Below, in pieces: positions 47,950 through 56,851 of a stretch of 64,000 nt of DNA. The translations under genes and the position numbers were made by a program. The stretch spans positions 32,001 to 96,000 of the IMG/VR virus record IMGVR_UViG_3300027833_001604; one strand, given 5' to 3'. The notes beneath the pieces were generated by a model. The model worked only from the letters and a program-made list of their open reading frames with translations. It made no database searches and was not told the origin of the DNA. Source of the DNA: a virus. How positions within the stretch are numbered: the first letter of the stretch is position 1; each line of letters begins with the position of its first letter.

Positions 47950-48608
47950 TTTGTTAACCAGTTAATATATACACTTTGATCTGGTCGTAGTGCATTTGCA
48001 CGTTCATTAGTTGGGAATATTTTTTGTTTATTAGTTCTTGGATCAAGGTATGTAGTTGCTTCATTGTCGCTATATCCAATACCTAATAATACTGTAGGCT
48101 CAGTTGGATCTTCAACTCCAGGATTCAATATTGCTGCAATTTTCCTTTTGCTGCCTTCTATTTCGTTCATACAACCACAGTAGCCTGTGCTGAGTCCACG
48201 TGATGCTGCACTCCATACCATAAAGCTACTTGCAATACCTATTTCTAAGTTAGACATTCTATGAAAAAAGCCTTGTGCATGTGCTCCTTCATATTGAGTG
48301 TATTCTTCATCTTCAACAGGCGGTCTAGGCGTAAACGCTAACAACCATGGAGCCAAAGTCTGTGGATTACCAAAGTCTGTAGCTACAGTTCTTTCACTGT
48401 CGCGGTGTGTGTTTTCAAATATTGCATGCCTTGCCTCTGGATCGCTCCAGTCTAATATTTTAATAGTGTATGGCATTGTTGATTGTTTACTTGGCGCATG
48501 TTTGTGCAAGTCATCTATCATAGATTGTATGGTTTCTTTTGTTACTTCTTTGTCGGCCCAAGCAAACGTTGTGCTTCGGTTTTCTAACATTTCATTCCAC
48601 TGTGTCAT
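47946..48608 (-). CDS. Nitroreductase-family flavoprotein
   Basis: 'RSTTFAW', 'APSKQ', 'EIGIAS', 'GLSTGYCGC', 'LGIGY'. Confidence 0.8.
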   Translation of the reverse strand: MTQWNEMLENRSTTFAWADKEVTKETIQSMIDDLHKHAPSKQSTMPYTIKILDWSDPEARHAIFENTHRDSERTVATDFGNPQTLAPWLLAFTPRPPVEDEEYTQYEGAHAQGFFHRMSNLEIGIASSFMVWSAASRGLSTGYCGCMNEIEGSKRKIAAILNPGVEDPTEPTVLLGIGYSDNEATTYLDPRTNKQKIFPTNERANALRPDQSVYINWLTK

Positions 48609-48682
48609 TGTAGTTCTCCTTATATCGAACCTTATATTACACTCTCTAAATAAGTGTGCAATATTGTTATATTCTATAGTAT

Positions 48683-49015
48683 TTAGCCTTTTCCTTTAAG
48701 CCAACCCTCGGTTCCTGCTAATCTTGCCATAAAGGCATCTTTTTCGCTGAACAATACCATATCCTTTTTGTCTATATAATAAGGATGCTTCATTTTGCTT
48801 TGTAAATCCATTAGGTTTCCTGCTAGTTTTCCAGGTGTTTCAACTGTCCAACTTCTGCATTTCTTTTTTAATAGGTTGACACCTTTTTTTGTTAACCTAA
48901 GAGAGCTCGGCGTTTGAAATAAAAGTCTAGCACTATTACCTACTATTGTTACGTTGGGTAATAACTTTGCTAATATTTCATTTTGTATCGATTTGATCTC
49001 TGGTAACTTTTTCAC
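48683..49015 (-). CDS. phage hypothetical protein
   Basis: 'SLRLTKKG..PYYI..FSEKDA'. Confidence 0.7.
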   Translation of the reverse strand: MKKLPEIKSIQNEILAKLLPNVTIVGNSARLLFQTPSSLRLTKKGVNLLKKKCRSWTVETPGKLAGNLMDLQSKMKHPYYIDKKDMVLFSEKDAFMARLAGTEGWLKGKG

Positions 49016-49280
49016 CTTCTAATAACCTTACTACAGTAAATGATTCCGTATTGAATTTCTTATTCAATCTATCTGCTAAATTAAAAGCATGGCCACTGTT
49101 ACTAAAGCTAACTTTTTTATACTTAGGTCCTGGATAGTTCACCAGTGTATTCATTGTTCTGAGGTTAATTGGTTTATTGTTATGGTAAACTGCATATATT
49201 GCCTGGGCGTCTAAGATTTGTTCTGTATTATAATTCTTATCAACTATTTCTAACATAATGTTTGGTTTAGGTCTTGCCAT
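48978..49280 (-). CDS. phage hypothetical protein
   Basis: RBS GGAGA; 'PGPKYKKVSFSNSGHAFNLA'. Confidence 0.8.
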   Translation of the reverse strand: MARPKPNIMLEIVDKNYNTEQILDAQAIYAVYHNNKPINLRTMNTLVNYPGPKYKKVSFSNSGHAFNLADRLNKKFNTESFTVVRLLEGEKVTRDQIDTK

Positions 49281-49303
49281 ATGATTTAATTCTCCGTTGT
49301 ATG

Positions 49304-49311
49304 TATTTATA
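49304..49311 (-). promoter_or_regulatory. putative late promoter
   Basis: TATAAATA on - strand. Confidence 0.5.
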
Positions 49312-49335
49312 CAATTAGGCGAATTAAGTGCTGTT

Positions 49336-49719
49336 TTATTGATTAATTAACCTAAAATTGACTCCTGAGTAAATGTTACAGGTTATATTGTTTTCCTGGT
49401 TAACAATAACAATACTGAACTCTCCTGTATCGTCATTTAATGCCAAAACTATCTCACTAAACACTTCTGTTCCCATTGCTGCCGTGCCTTGTGCAATAGG
49501 CAGTTGTCCACGTTGGTAAAGTATAGCTTGAACCATAGCAGTATCTGTGCATGGCACATCTCTATTAATTCTATAGATTTGAGGTAGAGTAGGTTCTTCT
49601 GGTAGAGTTTCAATTTGCTCTGCTGAAAGGGATAGTTCGTGTCCTGCTTTAGTATTTGATGCGAATACCATTAATGTGATAATCATTGCTATTGATACTA
49701 GTGTTCCTTTAATTGTCAT
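49336..49719 (-). CDS. exported hypothetical protein
   Basis: signal peptide ending 'TKA'; two Cys. Confidence 0.7.
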   Translation of the reverse strand: MTIKGTLVSIAMIITLMVFASNTKAGHELSLSAEQIETLPEEPTLPQIYRINRDVPCTDTAMVQAILYQRGQLPIAQGTAAMGTEVFSEIVLALNDDTGEFSIVIVNQENNITCNIYSGVNFRLINQ

Positions 49720-50161
49720 CTTTTTTTGCCTTTTTTAATTGTAAGTTCATATCCCATTCTGTAAAGTATGGGCCTTGATATTCATATTTGTCTACTGTCT
49801 CTAATTTAGGACAATATGCGTGTTGCCATCCCATGCCGTGATATCTTAGTATGTAGTAGCCTGCTGCATAAACAACTTTACCATTGTCTGTCTTACGAAA
49901 CAATGGTAGTGTTTCATGCTCAACTGGTATTACTACACTACTATTAGTAGGATATCCGTTAAGTGATTGGCTTTCAGCTTTACTTTCTATGTTACGTTCT
50001 GCGGTTTTAAATCCATCTAACGTATCAAGTGTGGTTGTGCTTTTGTCACGTTGATCAAAGAATTCATATAAGTTGCCGTGTTTTCGTATAGTTCCTATTT
50101 TATTAGAACTAGCCTCCACAATCCAGAACTTATCTTTAACTAACTCTTTGGTTGTAAACAT
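49709..50161 (-). CDS. phage hypothetical protein
   Basis: start adjusted to MFTTKELVKDKFWIV; 'YAAGYY..CPKL..YQGPY'. Confidence 0.75.
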   Translation of the reverse strand: MFTTKELVKDKFWIVEASSNKIGTIRKHGNLYEFFDQRDKSTTTLDTLDGFKTAERNIESKAESQSLNGYPTNSSVVIPVEHETLPLFRKTDNGKVVYAAGYYILRYHGMGWQHAYCPKLETVDKYEYQGPYFTEWDMNLQLKKAKKDDN

Positions 50162-50166
50162 TTTAT

Positions 50167-50505
50167 TTACAGACTCTTGTGTGTGTTGTCGCAAATTGGA
50201 TGTTCATTACTTTTCCCACACCAACATGCACTTCCTACTCGTTTAACTTCAGTGATATTTGCCATACGAAAACTTCTAAAGCCATTAGCTTTTGTATCCC
50301 ATACACTCATTACTTCTTCGTTAATCTTACGAATCTTTTCTTGTGTCATTGGTTCTTTTTTAGTAGCAGGTGGCAATACACTTATACTAAGTGTGCAATT
50401 CATAACACGCTGATCGCCATTAATTTTATTAAATGTAACTTCCATAATGTTATTTTTTAGTTTACGCTCTAACTCATCACGTTCAATAATTAACTCAGAT
50501 GACAT
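50167..50505 (-). CDS. WYL/SH3-like beta-barrel protein fused to a CDGSH-type 2Fe-2S motif
   Basis: 'VTFNKINGDQRVMNCTL..VWD..GFRSFR' plus 'CWCGKSNEHPICDNTH'. Confidence 0.75.
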   Translation of the reverse strand: MSSELIIERDELERKLKNNIMEVTFNKINGDQRVMNCTLSISVLPPATKKEPMTQEKIRKINEEVMSVWDTKANGFRSFRMANITEVKRVGSACWCGKSNEHPICDNTHKSL

Positions 50506-50677
50506 GTCCTGCCTCCCTAATTCTACGTTTCCATGCACCACCTTGTTTTTGCTCTTCGAGCTGTAGCCTAACCCATTGTAGTGTTGGCTCCTTGATGTGT
50601 GGTTCGATGGTAGGGTTAACTTCCATTGATTGGATTAGTTGTGAAATTTGTGTTTCTGTTAAACCATTTAATGTCAT
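50495..50677 (-). CDS. small hypothetical protein
   Basis: 60 aa; RBS GAGGA. Confidence 0.65.
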   Translation of the reverse strand: MTLNGLTETQISQLIQSMEVNPTIEPHIKEPTLQWVRLQLEEQKQGGAWKRRIREAGHVI

Positions 50678-50692
50678 ATTATTATCCTCTTG

Positions 50693-51235
50693 TTAAAGTA
50701 TGTGTGCATGTTCCAATGCTTCATAGCCAAACCATGCAGCAAAAATTAAGAAAGCATATCGTGTTATTGTAAATAGCTCTCTGGTGTGTTTATATTTTTC
50801 TAATACCTTGTATAATGACGCTACTACAATTACTGCAATACCGGCACCTGTCCAACTTACTTGCTCACTTGGTGAGAACATGAATGTAAATATTTCCATG
50901 CTTTCTCTAAAGAATATAAACCATACAGTAAACATTCCTGCCCAAAATGTAGCAGTATTATCTGCAATTGCTTGAACATGTCCTTTGATATGTGCTGGTA
51001 AATTATTACTTGTAAAAAACAAGTAAAGCATTAATCCACTTAATATGGCATACATTGCCACTTCGTAGTCTTCTAGGAATTCACCTAGTAGCATTCCACC
51101 TGCTAGTCCACTTACTAGACCAATTGCTCCTGCTGAAATCATTTTTTTATTTACTGATACTGTTGCTGTAATCATAAACAGTAAAAACATCATTTCGAGA
51201 GCTTCTCGCCCTACATATACAAAACTTGCTAACAT
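50693..51235 (-). CDS. FTR1-family iron permease (short form)
   Basis: two RExxE motifs ('REALE', 'RESME') in TM helices. Confidence 0.8.
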   Translation of the reverse strand: MLASFVYVGREALEMMFLLFMITATVSVNKKMISAGAIGLVSGLAGGMLLGEFLEDYEVAMYAILSGLMLYLFFTSNNLPAHIKGHVQAIADNTATFWAGMFTVWFIFFRESMEIFTFMFSPSEQVSWTGAGIAVIVVASLYKVLEKYKHTRELFTITRYAFLIFAAWFGYEALEHAHIL

Positions 51236-51238
51236 ATA

Positions 51239-52231
51239 TTATCCTCCATATGATTTGTTTAGATACTCTGCATGATCAGTTGCTCGTTCGCTTAGTCTCA
51301 CCATATCCCATTTACCACATAGTTTCATAAAGTGTATGCCTACTTGTGACTTGCTTTCCTTTTGCACTTGCTCAACAATAGCATTATCAAGCTCTGTTTT
51401 AATATAGTCAGGTTGTGCTGTAAGATCAATAATGTGCATGTTACGTTGATAGTCTTCCAACACACGATGCTCTTCACCATTATGATCAGTCCAACGCTGT
51501 AGCATAAAGTTATTCCAGTTATAGCCTTTGTTGTCTTTATCAGCAAATGCTTCTAACATACCTACTTTGTTCTTAGTGCCTTTCTTACGAGCACCTGGAC
51601 ATGCACTAAACACATTGTCACTAGTGTCGCCTCGTATACACTTCTCAAACAACAACCACTGTGGGTCGCCTAGTTGTTTAGGCTCTTTAGTTTTCTTGTC
51701 CATAACAACTTTGCCGTTATCATCAAAGATACCTTCAGTTGTAATAAGATTACCTGTAATGCCATTATATTGTGTTACGTTTTCATTAAGCAATTGATAA
51801 AAGTCACTGTCACTACTTACAATGCAATGCTTGTCATTAGGATGATTCTGTATCCAACGTGCAATAAAGTCATCTGCTTCGCACTGTTTGTTTTGCAACA
51901 CTGTGCAATTAGTTCGCTTCTCAAAGAATACCTTCAGTTCATCAAATGCTTCCCAAAACATACGATCTTCTTCTTGCTCATGAACAGTAAGTGCCGCACG
52001 TGCAGCCGCTCTATTCTTCTTGTAGGGTTCGTATGCGTCTTTACGCCAGCTACGACCTTCTAAGCATAGCACAATATGACTACCATTCTGGTTACGCCAT
52101 ACTTTATTAATGCTATTAAACATAATATGGAATGCCATACCTACTTTATCTTTTGGGTCTGCTCCACGCTGAACTACGTGCCTAGCACGAAAAAACATAT
52201 TCGCTGCGTCTACTAAAATATAACTCAACAT
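51239..52231 (-). CDS. rnh: T4-type RNase H / 5'-3' exonuclease (FEN1-like)
   Basis: 'ILVDAANMFFR', 'SWRK..YKKNR', 'EADD', 'SSDSDF', 'GDTSDNV'; start adjusted, RBS AAGGAG. Confidence 0.9.
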   Translation of the reverse strand: MLSYILVDAANMFFRARHVVQRGADPKDKVGMAFHIMFNSINKVWRNQNGSHIVLCLEGRSWRKDAYEPYKKNRAAARAALTVHEQEEDRMFWEAFDELKVFFEKRTNCTVLQNKQCEADDFIARWIQNHPNDKHCIVSSDSDFYQLLNENVTQYNGITGNLITTEGIFDDNGKVVMDKKTKEPKQLGDPQWLLFEKCIRGDTSDNVFSACPGARKKGTKNKVGMLEAFADKDNKGYNWNNFMLQRWTDHNGEEHRVLEDYQRNMHIIDLTAQPDYIKTELDNAIVEQVQKESKSQVGIHFMKLCGKWDMVRLSERATDHAEYLNKSYGG

Positions 52232-52238
52232 ATTCTCC

Positions 52239-52502
52239 TTAGATGTCTTCTGATATTTGTTTGCAAAGTGTTGTAAACCATAAGTCAACAATCTCTTCTT
52301 CGTTGTCGCCTGTATAGCCTGCTTCAAGTAGTTGCTTAACAAATAAGTTATTCCACTCAAGTTCAAAGTATCCATCACCTGGGTTCTCTTTATCAAACTT
52401 TACTTCTAATACTTTAACATACGGCTTGCCTTTAGCAGTAGCTTTATCTTTATCAGACATTGTTTCTGCTTTTTTAAACAAGTTCTTAATCTTATTAATC
52501 AT
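52239..52502 (-). CDS. phage hypothetical protein
   Basis: 'GYFELEWN..GYTG..EEIVDLWF'; RBS GGAGA. Confidence 0.75.
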   Translation of the reverse strand: MINKIKNLFKKAETMSDKDKATAKGKPYVKVLEVKFDKENPGDGYFELEWNNLFVKQLLEAGYTGDNEEEIVDLWFTTLCKQISEDI

Positions 52503-53149
52503 AATTTTCTCCAATTACTGTGTATATTATAAGACATCTTGAGTAGTTTGTCAAGTGATAGTTTTCTAAAGTTTAAGTCGTTACCTTTTCGATTATACCA
52601 CATGTCAAACGTATCTGTTTCCCAGAGTGCTTGTCTATTATTACTTTTCTTTGGGGCCATACTATACCATATATTCCAATAGTATTCTGCACGTTCTTTA
52701 TTACCCATGCGTTTATGATAAAAGAAATTCATCCTAGGGTGTGCTCGTTGTTTAGTAGTTTCCCAAGTTTCAGCATGTTTCTGCTTATCTAATTGTTTGT
52801 ATAGTTCAGGGTTATCTGTGCGTCCTGAATACTTTCCAGTCTTGTAATTAGGGTTAGCATTGCCACCAAGAGAACCTCCATGCTCGGGTCGTTGGTTAAA
52901 GTATTCACTATTATTCACAACATCAAACTTTTTACTATAGAATTTACACATATCTTTAAATCTTTTTTCATTATTAGATTCAAAAAGTATTTCAGTATCA
53001 TAATCGTATCCATGTAGATCTAAATGTTTTAACCAACCTACGCTTGATCCGTTATAAACATTTAAATCTCTAGTGGTTTGTCCTAAGTATTTCTTTCCAG
53101 TTTTTCTGTGTGTGAAATGATATAGTTTTACCAACCAATTTTCTCCCAA
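52499..53149 (-). CDS. free-standing GIY-YIG-like homing endonuclease (start uncertain)
   Basis: 'LYHFTH..TGKKYLGQT..YNGS..W..HL..HG..YFN'; overlaps the metK stop. Confidence 0.65.
   Translation of the reverse strand: MGENWLVKLYHFTHRKTGKKYLGQTTRDLNVYNGSSVGWLKHLDLHGYDYDTEILFESNNEKRFKDMCKFYSKKFDVVNNSEYFNQRPEHGGSLGGNANPNYKTGKYSGRTDNPELYKQLDKQKHAETWETTKQRAHPRMNFFYHKRMGNKERAEYYWNIWYSMAPKKSNNRQALWETDTFDMWYNRKGNDLNFRKLSLDKLLKMSYNIHSNWRKL
52526..52554 (-). promoter_or_regulatory. sigma70 promoter with palindrome abutting the -10 box
   Basis: TTGACA-N17-TATAAT; AAGACATCTT at 52531-52540. Confidence 0.75.
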
Positions 53150-54219
53150 GGAACGTCTTTATTACCAAAGTGTCCATATACACAATTTTCACTATAACCA
53201 TAGAAGTTATACATATCAAATCTATCAATAATAGCCTTTGGCGTTAAATCAATGTTTTCTTCAATAAACTTTTGAATAGTGCGATTGTGTCCGTTTGAAT
53301 CTATGTAAATACTTGTTGGTTCTTTTACACCAATAGCATACGACAATTGAATTTGACACCAATCAGCCATATTATCTGCTACAATATTCTTTGCTAACCA
53401 ACGTGCCATATAAGCTGCACTTCTATCTACTTTTGTGGGGTCTTTTCCACTAAATGCGCCGCCGCCGTGAGGAGCAAAGCCACCATAAGTGTCCACGATA
53501 ATCTTTCGCCCAGTAAGTCCGGTATCACCATCAGGTCCACCAATAACAAAGTTACCAGTAGGATTAATATGCCATACAGTATTTTCATCAATTAAATCTC
53601 CCATTACGCTATTGACTGCATCTTTTACTGGTGCTTTAAGACTATGCTGAAAGCCTTCTTTATGTTGTGTGCTTACAACGATTTGGTCTGCACGTTGAAC
53701 TCGTCCGCCAACGTATTGAATACTTACTTGAGATTTTGCATCTGGTAGTAAGAAGTCATAACCGTCATTGACTCGTAAATCTTTTAGCTTCTTTAGAATT
53801 TCATGTGAGTAATGAATTGGTGCTGGTAGCATTGCATCATTTTCATTAGTTGCATAGCCAAACATAATACCTTGGTCACCTGCACCAAAGTCATCTGTTC
53901 CCAATCCAATGTCACCTGATTGTGAATGAATCTCGTTATAGATGTTTAGTTTATCCCAATGGAATCCATCTTGTTCGTATCCAATTTCTTTAACTTTGTC
54001 AATTACGATTTGTTTTACTTCATCTTTGCTTACATTAAAGTTCTTTACTTCACCCGCCAACGTTACATGGTTAGTGGTTACAAGTGTTTCAATTGCGACA
54101 CGTGTAGTTTCATCACCGTTCTTTAGTCCGGCATCAACTAATGCGTCAGAGATTTGATCTGATACTTTATCAGGATGTCCATCACTTACACTTTCGCTTG
54201 TAAAAATATAATTATTCAT
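53128..54219 (-). CDS. metK: S-adenosylmethionine synthetase
   Basis: 'FTSESVSDGHPDK', 'GAGDQG', 'GGGAFSGKD'. Confidence 0.97.
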   Translation of the reverse strand: MNNYIFTSESVSDGHPDKVSDQISDALVDAGLKNGDETTRVAIETLVTTNHVTLAGEVKNFNVSKDEVKQIVIDKVKEIGYEQDGFHWDKLNIYNEIHSQSGDIGLGTDDFGAGDQGIMFGYATNENDAMLPAPIHYSHEILKKLKDLRVNDGYDFLLPDAKSQVSIQYVGGRVQRADQIVVSTQHKEGFQHSLKAPVKDAVNSVMGDLIDENTVWHINPTGNFVIGGPDGDTGLTGRKIIVDTYGGFAPHGGGAFSGKDPTKVDRSAAYMARWLAKNIVADNMADWCQIQLSYAIGVKEPTSIYIDSNGHNRTIQKFIEENIDLTPKAIIDRFDMYNFYGYSENCVYGHFGNKDVPWEKIGW

Positions 54220-54234
54220 AGTTTGTTTTTTCCT

Positions 54235-55347
54235 TTAGTTTTTAGTAAAGACATATATGCCTTCCCACTTTTCTCGACCTTCTTTTTTATCGTTGCCAAC
54301 ACCAGGTCTAGTGTTTAGCATCATTTTGATTGTTATATCGTGTTTAAAGCCCAACTTTTCAGCAAGCTCAATCCAACGATCCACAACAAAGAATTCCTGC
54401 TTACCATACGATTTGTAGTCTGCAATGTTTGTTGCAAAGATTCCATCACTGTTAAGTCCTTTGTGTATTTGTTGCATTGTTGGTGCGACATACCCATCAA
54501 ACCAATCATCCATTGTAGTGTGTTTAACCATACATTGTGTAGGCTCGTCACTATACTTTTCTAAATTAAAGTATGGTGGACTACTAAATGCTAAGTCAAT
54601 ATTCTCGCATTGATAATCTTCACTAGGACTGCAAATAAGTTCTGCATCGTTAGTCAGCAAACTATCCAAATACTTTAGATACTCAAATGTTTGTGTGTTA
54701 GGGTCTGTGCCTATGTATTTATAGTTCATATTACTACTGGTTATCCCAAGTAGCCTTCCACCGTAACCACAGCTATAATCGTAAATACGACCCCATAGCA
54801 CCGGGCATAAACGCTCCGCAATAGCTCTAGCATGTTGTGGCTTAAAGTTTTGCACGTTCTCGCCTGTAACAAGCTCTAAGCTTCTACGCATTGCTGTAGG
54901 GTATACTAACTTGTTTCCTTCTCTAAATTCAAAACAAATGCGTATAGCACGTTTGAGTTTAGCATCGTCACGAAACCTATCCATTAAACTGTTTGAGCCT
55001 CGTCCTTTTGGCTCCGCTGTCTGCATGTTTGTGAATACAAAACGATTAATTGTTTGTCCTTGATTGTTGCCAAGTCCCAATACGTTTTGTTCAACTTTGT
55101 TATATGATGTGCGTTTAAACTTCTTTAATGCTTCTTGTAGTCCTGCTTCTGTGTAGTATATAATAGGAACAATATCTCGCTTACGATAGATATCAAATAC
55201 TTTGTCTATTGTTCCAGGTCCATCAGCTTCGTATACCTCTGTGGTAAACGTATCTAATTCTTCGTATAGGTCTTCATAGCCAGTAAACTCATCTGCAAAG
55301 ATGTATTCTGGCTTAATGTTCCAAAACTTGTGTATACGATCGATCAA
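54235..55347 (-). CDS. Amino (N4-C/N6-A) DNA methyltransferase
   Basis: 'YDYSCGYGGRLLG' SAM-binding motif; catalytic 'SPPY'. Confidence 0.8.
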   Translation of the reverse strand: MIDRIHKFWNIKPEYIFADEFTGYEDLYEELDTFTTEVYEADGPGTIDKVFDIYRKRDIVPIIYYTEAGLQEALKKFKRTSYNKVEQNVLGLGNNQGQTINRFVFTNMQTAEPKGRGSNSLMDRFRDDAKLKRAIRICFEFREGNKLVYPTAMRRSLELVTGENVQNFKPQHARAIAERLCPVLWGRIYDYSCGYGGRLLGITSSNMNYKYIGTDPNTQTFEYLKYLDSLLTNDAELICSPSEDYQCENIDLAFSSPPYFNLEKYSDEPTQCMVKHTTMDDWFDGYVAPTMQQIHKGLNSDGIFATNIADYKSYGKQEFFVVDRWIELAEKLGFKHDITIKMMLNTRPGVGNDKKEGREKWEGIYVFTKN

Positions 55348-55349
55348 TA

Positions 55350-55664
55350 TTAAACTCCAAAGTAATAGTTTAATAATCCAGTAAAGATTAATGTAACTAG
55401 CACACCATTTAATAAGATGAGAGCTCTATCATGCCACATATACCCAACCCAGAACCAACCTATAGTTCCAAATAATCCAAACCATAAATCAATATGTGGC
55501 AGTGTTCCTGTAGCTCTAGCCGATGTTGCCACTAGTATCAGAACAACTGAAATCCATTTAACCCACCAAGATAATCCACCCTTGGGTGTTATCTTCTTAA
55601 AGACCCTGGTTGAATCCAATGCCTTAATTTTGTCATTTAATTTTAGTCGTTTATTTTCGCTCAT
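55350..55664 (-). CDS. small membrane protein (DUF6552-like)
   Basis: 3 TM; 'WVKW..W.DRALI.LN'. Confidence 0.7.
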   Translation of the reverse strand: MSENKRLKLNDKIKALDSTRVFKKITPKGGLSWWVKWISVVLILVATSARATGTLPHIDLWFGLFGTIGWFWVGYMWHDRALILLNGVLVTLIFTGLLNYYFGV

Positions 55665-55879
55665 TAGTGTAGTTGAGGTCCTGGGCCTTGGTCAACATTA
55701 ATATCATCTTTAGAATTAATAATGTGATTTGTTAAATTATCAAAATCTTGTGGGGTTAACATAATTTTATAAATCCTAAGAGCTTGTGCCATCATTACAC
55801 CAGCAGCCGCTAATGGATCCTCACCTAGTGTTATTGCTTCAATTTTTCTATATAGTATATCTAATTCGTTATTTTCCAT
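55664..55879 (-). CDS. small hypothetical protein
   Basis: 'DPLAAAGVMMAQALRIYK'. Confidence 0.7.
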   Translation of the reverse strand: MENNELDILYRKIEAITLGEDPLAAAGVMMAQALRIYKIMLTPQDFDNLTNHIINSKDDINVDQGPGPQLH

Positions 55880-55971
55880 TACCATCCTGCTCTTCTTATT
55901 TTGTCTTCGTTAATAGGCGACTTCATTGCCTTTTTGTGTTGTGCATTTTTATACTTAGGTTCCCCATGCAT
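55879..55971 (-). CDS. possible 30-aa peptide overlapping the queE 3' end
   Basis: MHGEPKYKNAQHKKAMKSPINEDKIRRAGW; fills the gap and is TAATG-coupled to the next gene. Confidence 0.4.
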   Translation of the reverse strand: MHGEPKYKNAQHKKAMKSPINEDKIRRAGW

Positions 55972-56851
55972 TTCCGAATAATGAGATGTGTAGTCTTGGG
56001 GTAAAACGCCATCCCCTTTCCATACAGATTTCTGCGACTTCTTGGACGTTAAGATTGTATTCTTCACTGCGACCACCCATCGGCATAAGATACACAGGAC
56101 ACTCCAAACCTTCTTTACGATATGCTGCAACAGCTCTATCAACATCAGCAATATCATCGCTATCAGCGACAACAAATTTAAGATAGATATCGCTGTCATC
56201 CACGAGACTGTAACAATAAGCGACATCAGGCTTGATAGCATCTTCCCAAGATTCTCCCGATACTGTGAGCTTGGGTGAACAACTCCATGTGACTTTAATT
56301 CTGTCACTGTCGTGGAGATAGTTGAATAAATCGTCATGTAAGTGTTGCGTAGTGTTTGTTTCAAATGTAACATTTTTTAAGTCCTTCATACGTGGATGTT
56401 CAAATAGTTCTACATAAAGTCGTTGCCACGCTAACAACGGCTCACCGCCTGTCATAATTAAATGAATGTCTTGTCCGTTATCGCAAGTCCACTTGCCTTC
56501 GGGTGTTAAACTTAACAAATGATTTACTACTTCGTCTACTTCTGCAAGTTTGTTAAAGTCTTTAAATTCAGGATAGATACTTGCATAAGTGTCGCAACCT
56601 GTGTGTATAATAGGTAAGTCTGTAAATTCAGTTACAGTATCTGTAATGCCACTATCAATTAATTCTTTAACTTCATCATTGTAACGATTACCTGCTTCAT
56701 GCTTCTCAGCTCTGCTTGGTTCGTTTCTTGGTAAACCAAAATTCATACAACGAAAGTTGCAACCAAATGTGCGTAAAAATACGCTAGGAACACCTACGTA
56801 TTGTCCTTCACCTTGCACACTATAAAATGCTTCTGAATATCTAAGTTTCAT
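55955..56851 (-). CDS. queE: 7-carboxy-7-deazaguanine synthase (radical SAM)
   Basis: 'YSEAFYSVQGEG..GVPSVFLRTFGCN.RC..CDT', 'TGGEPL', 'FETN', 'SPK', 'PRLH'. Confidence 0.9.
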   Translation of the reverse strand: MKLRYSEAFYSVQGEGQYVGVPSVFLRTFGCNFRCMNFGLPRNEPSRAEKHEAGNRYNDEVKELIDSGITDTVTEFTDLPIIHTGCDTYASIYPEFKDFNKLAEVDEVVNHLLSLTPEGKWTCDNGQDIHLIMTGGEPLLAWQRLYVELFEHPRMKDLKNVTFETNTTQHLHDDLFNYLHDSDRIKVTWSCSPKLTVSGESWEDAIKPDVAYCYSLVDDSDIYLKFVVADSDDIADVDRAVAAYRKEGLECPVYLMPMGGRSEEYNLNVQEVAEICMERGWRFTPRLHISLFGNAWGT

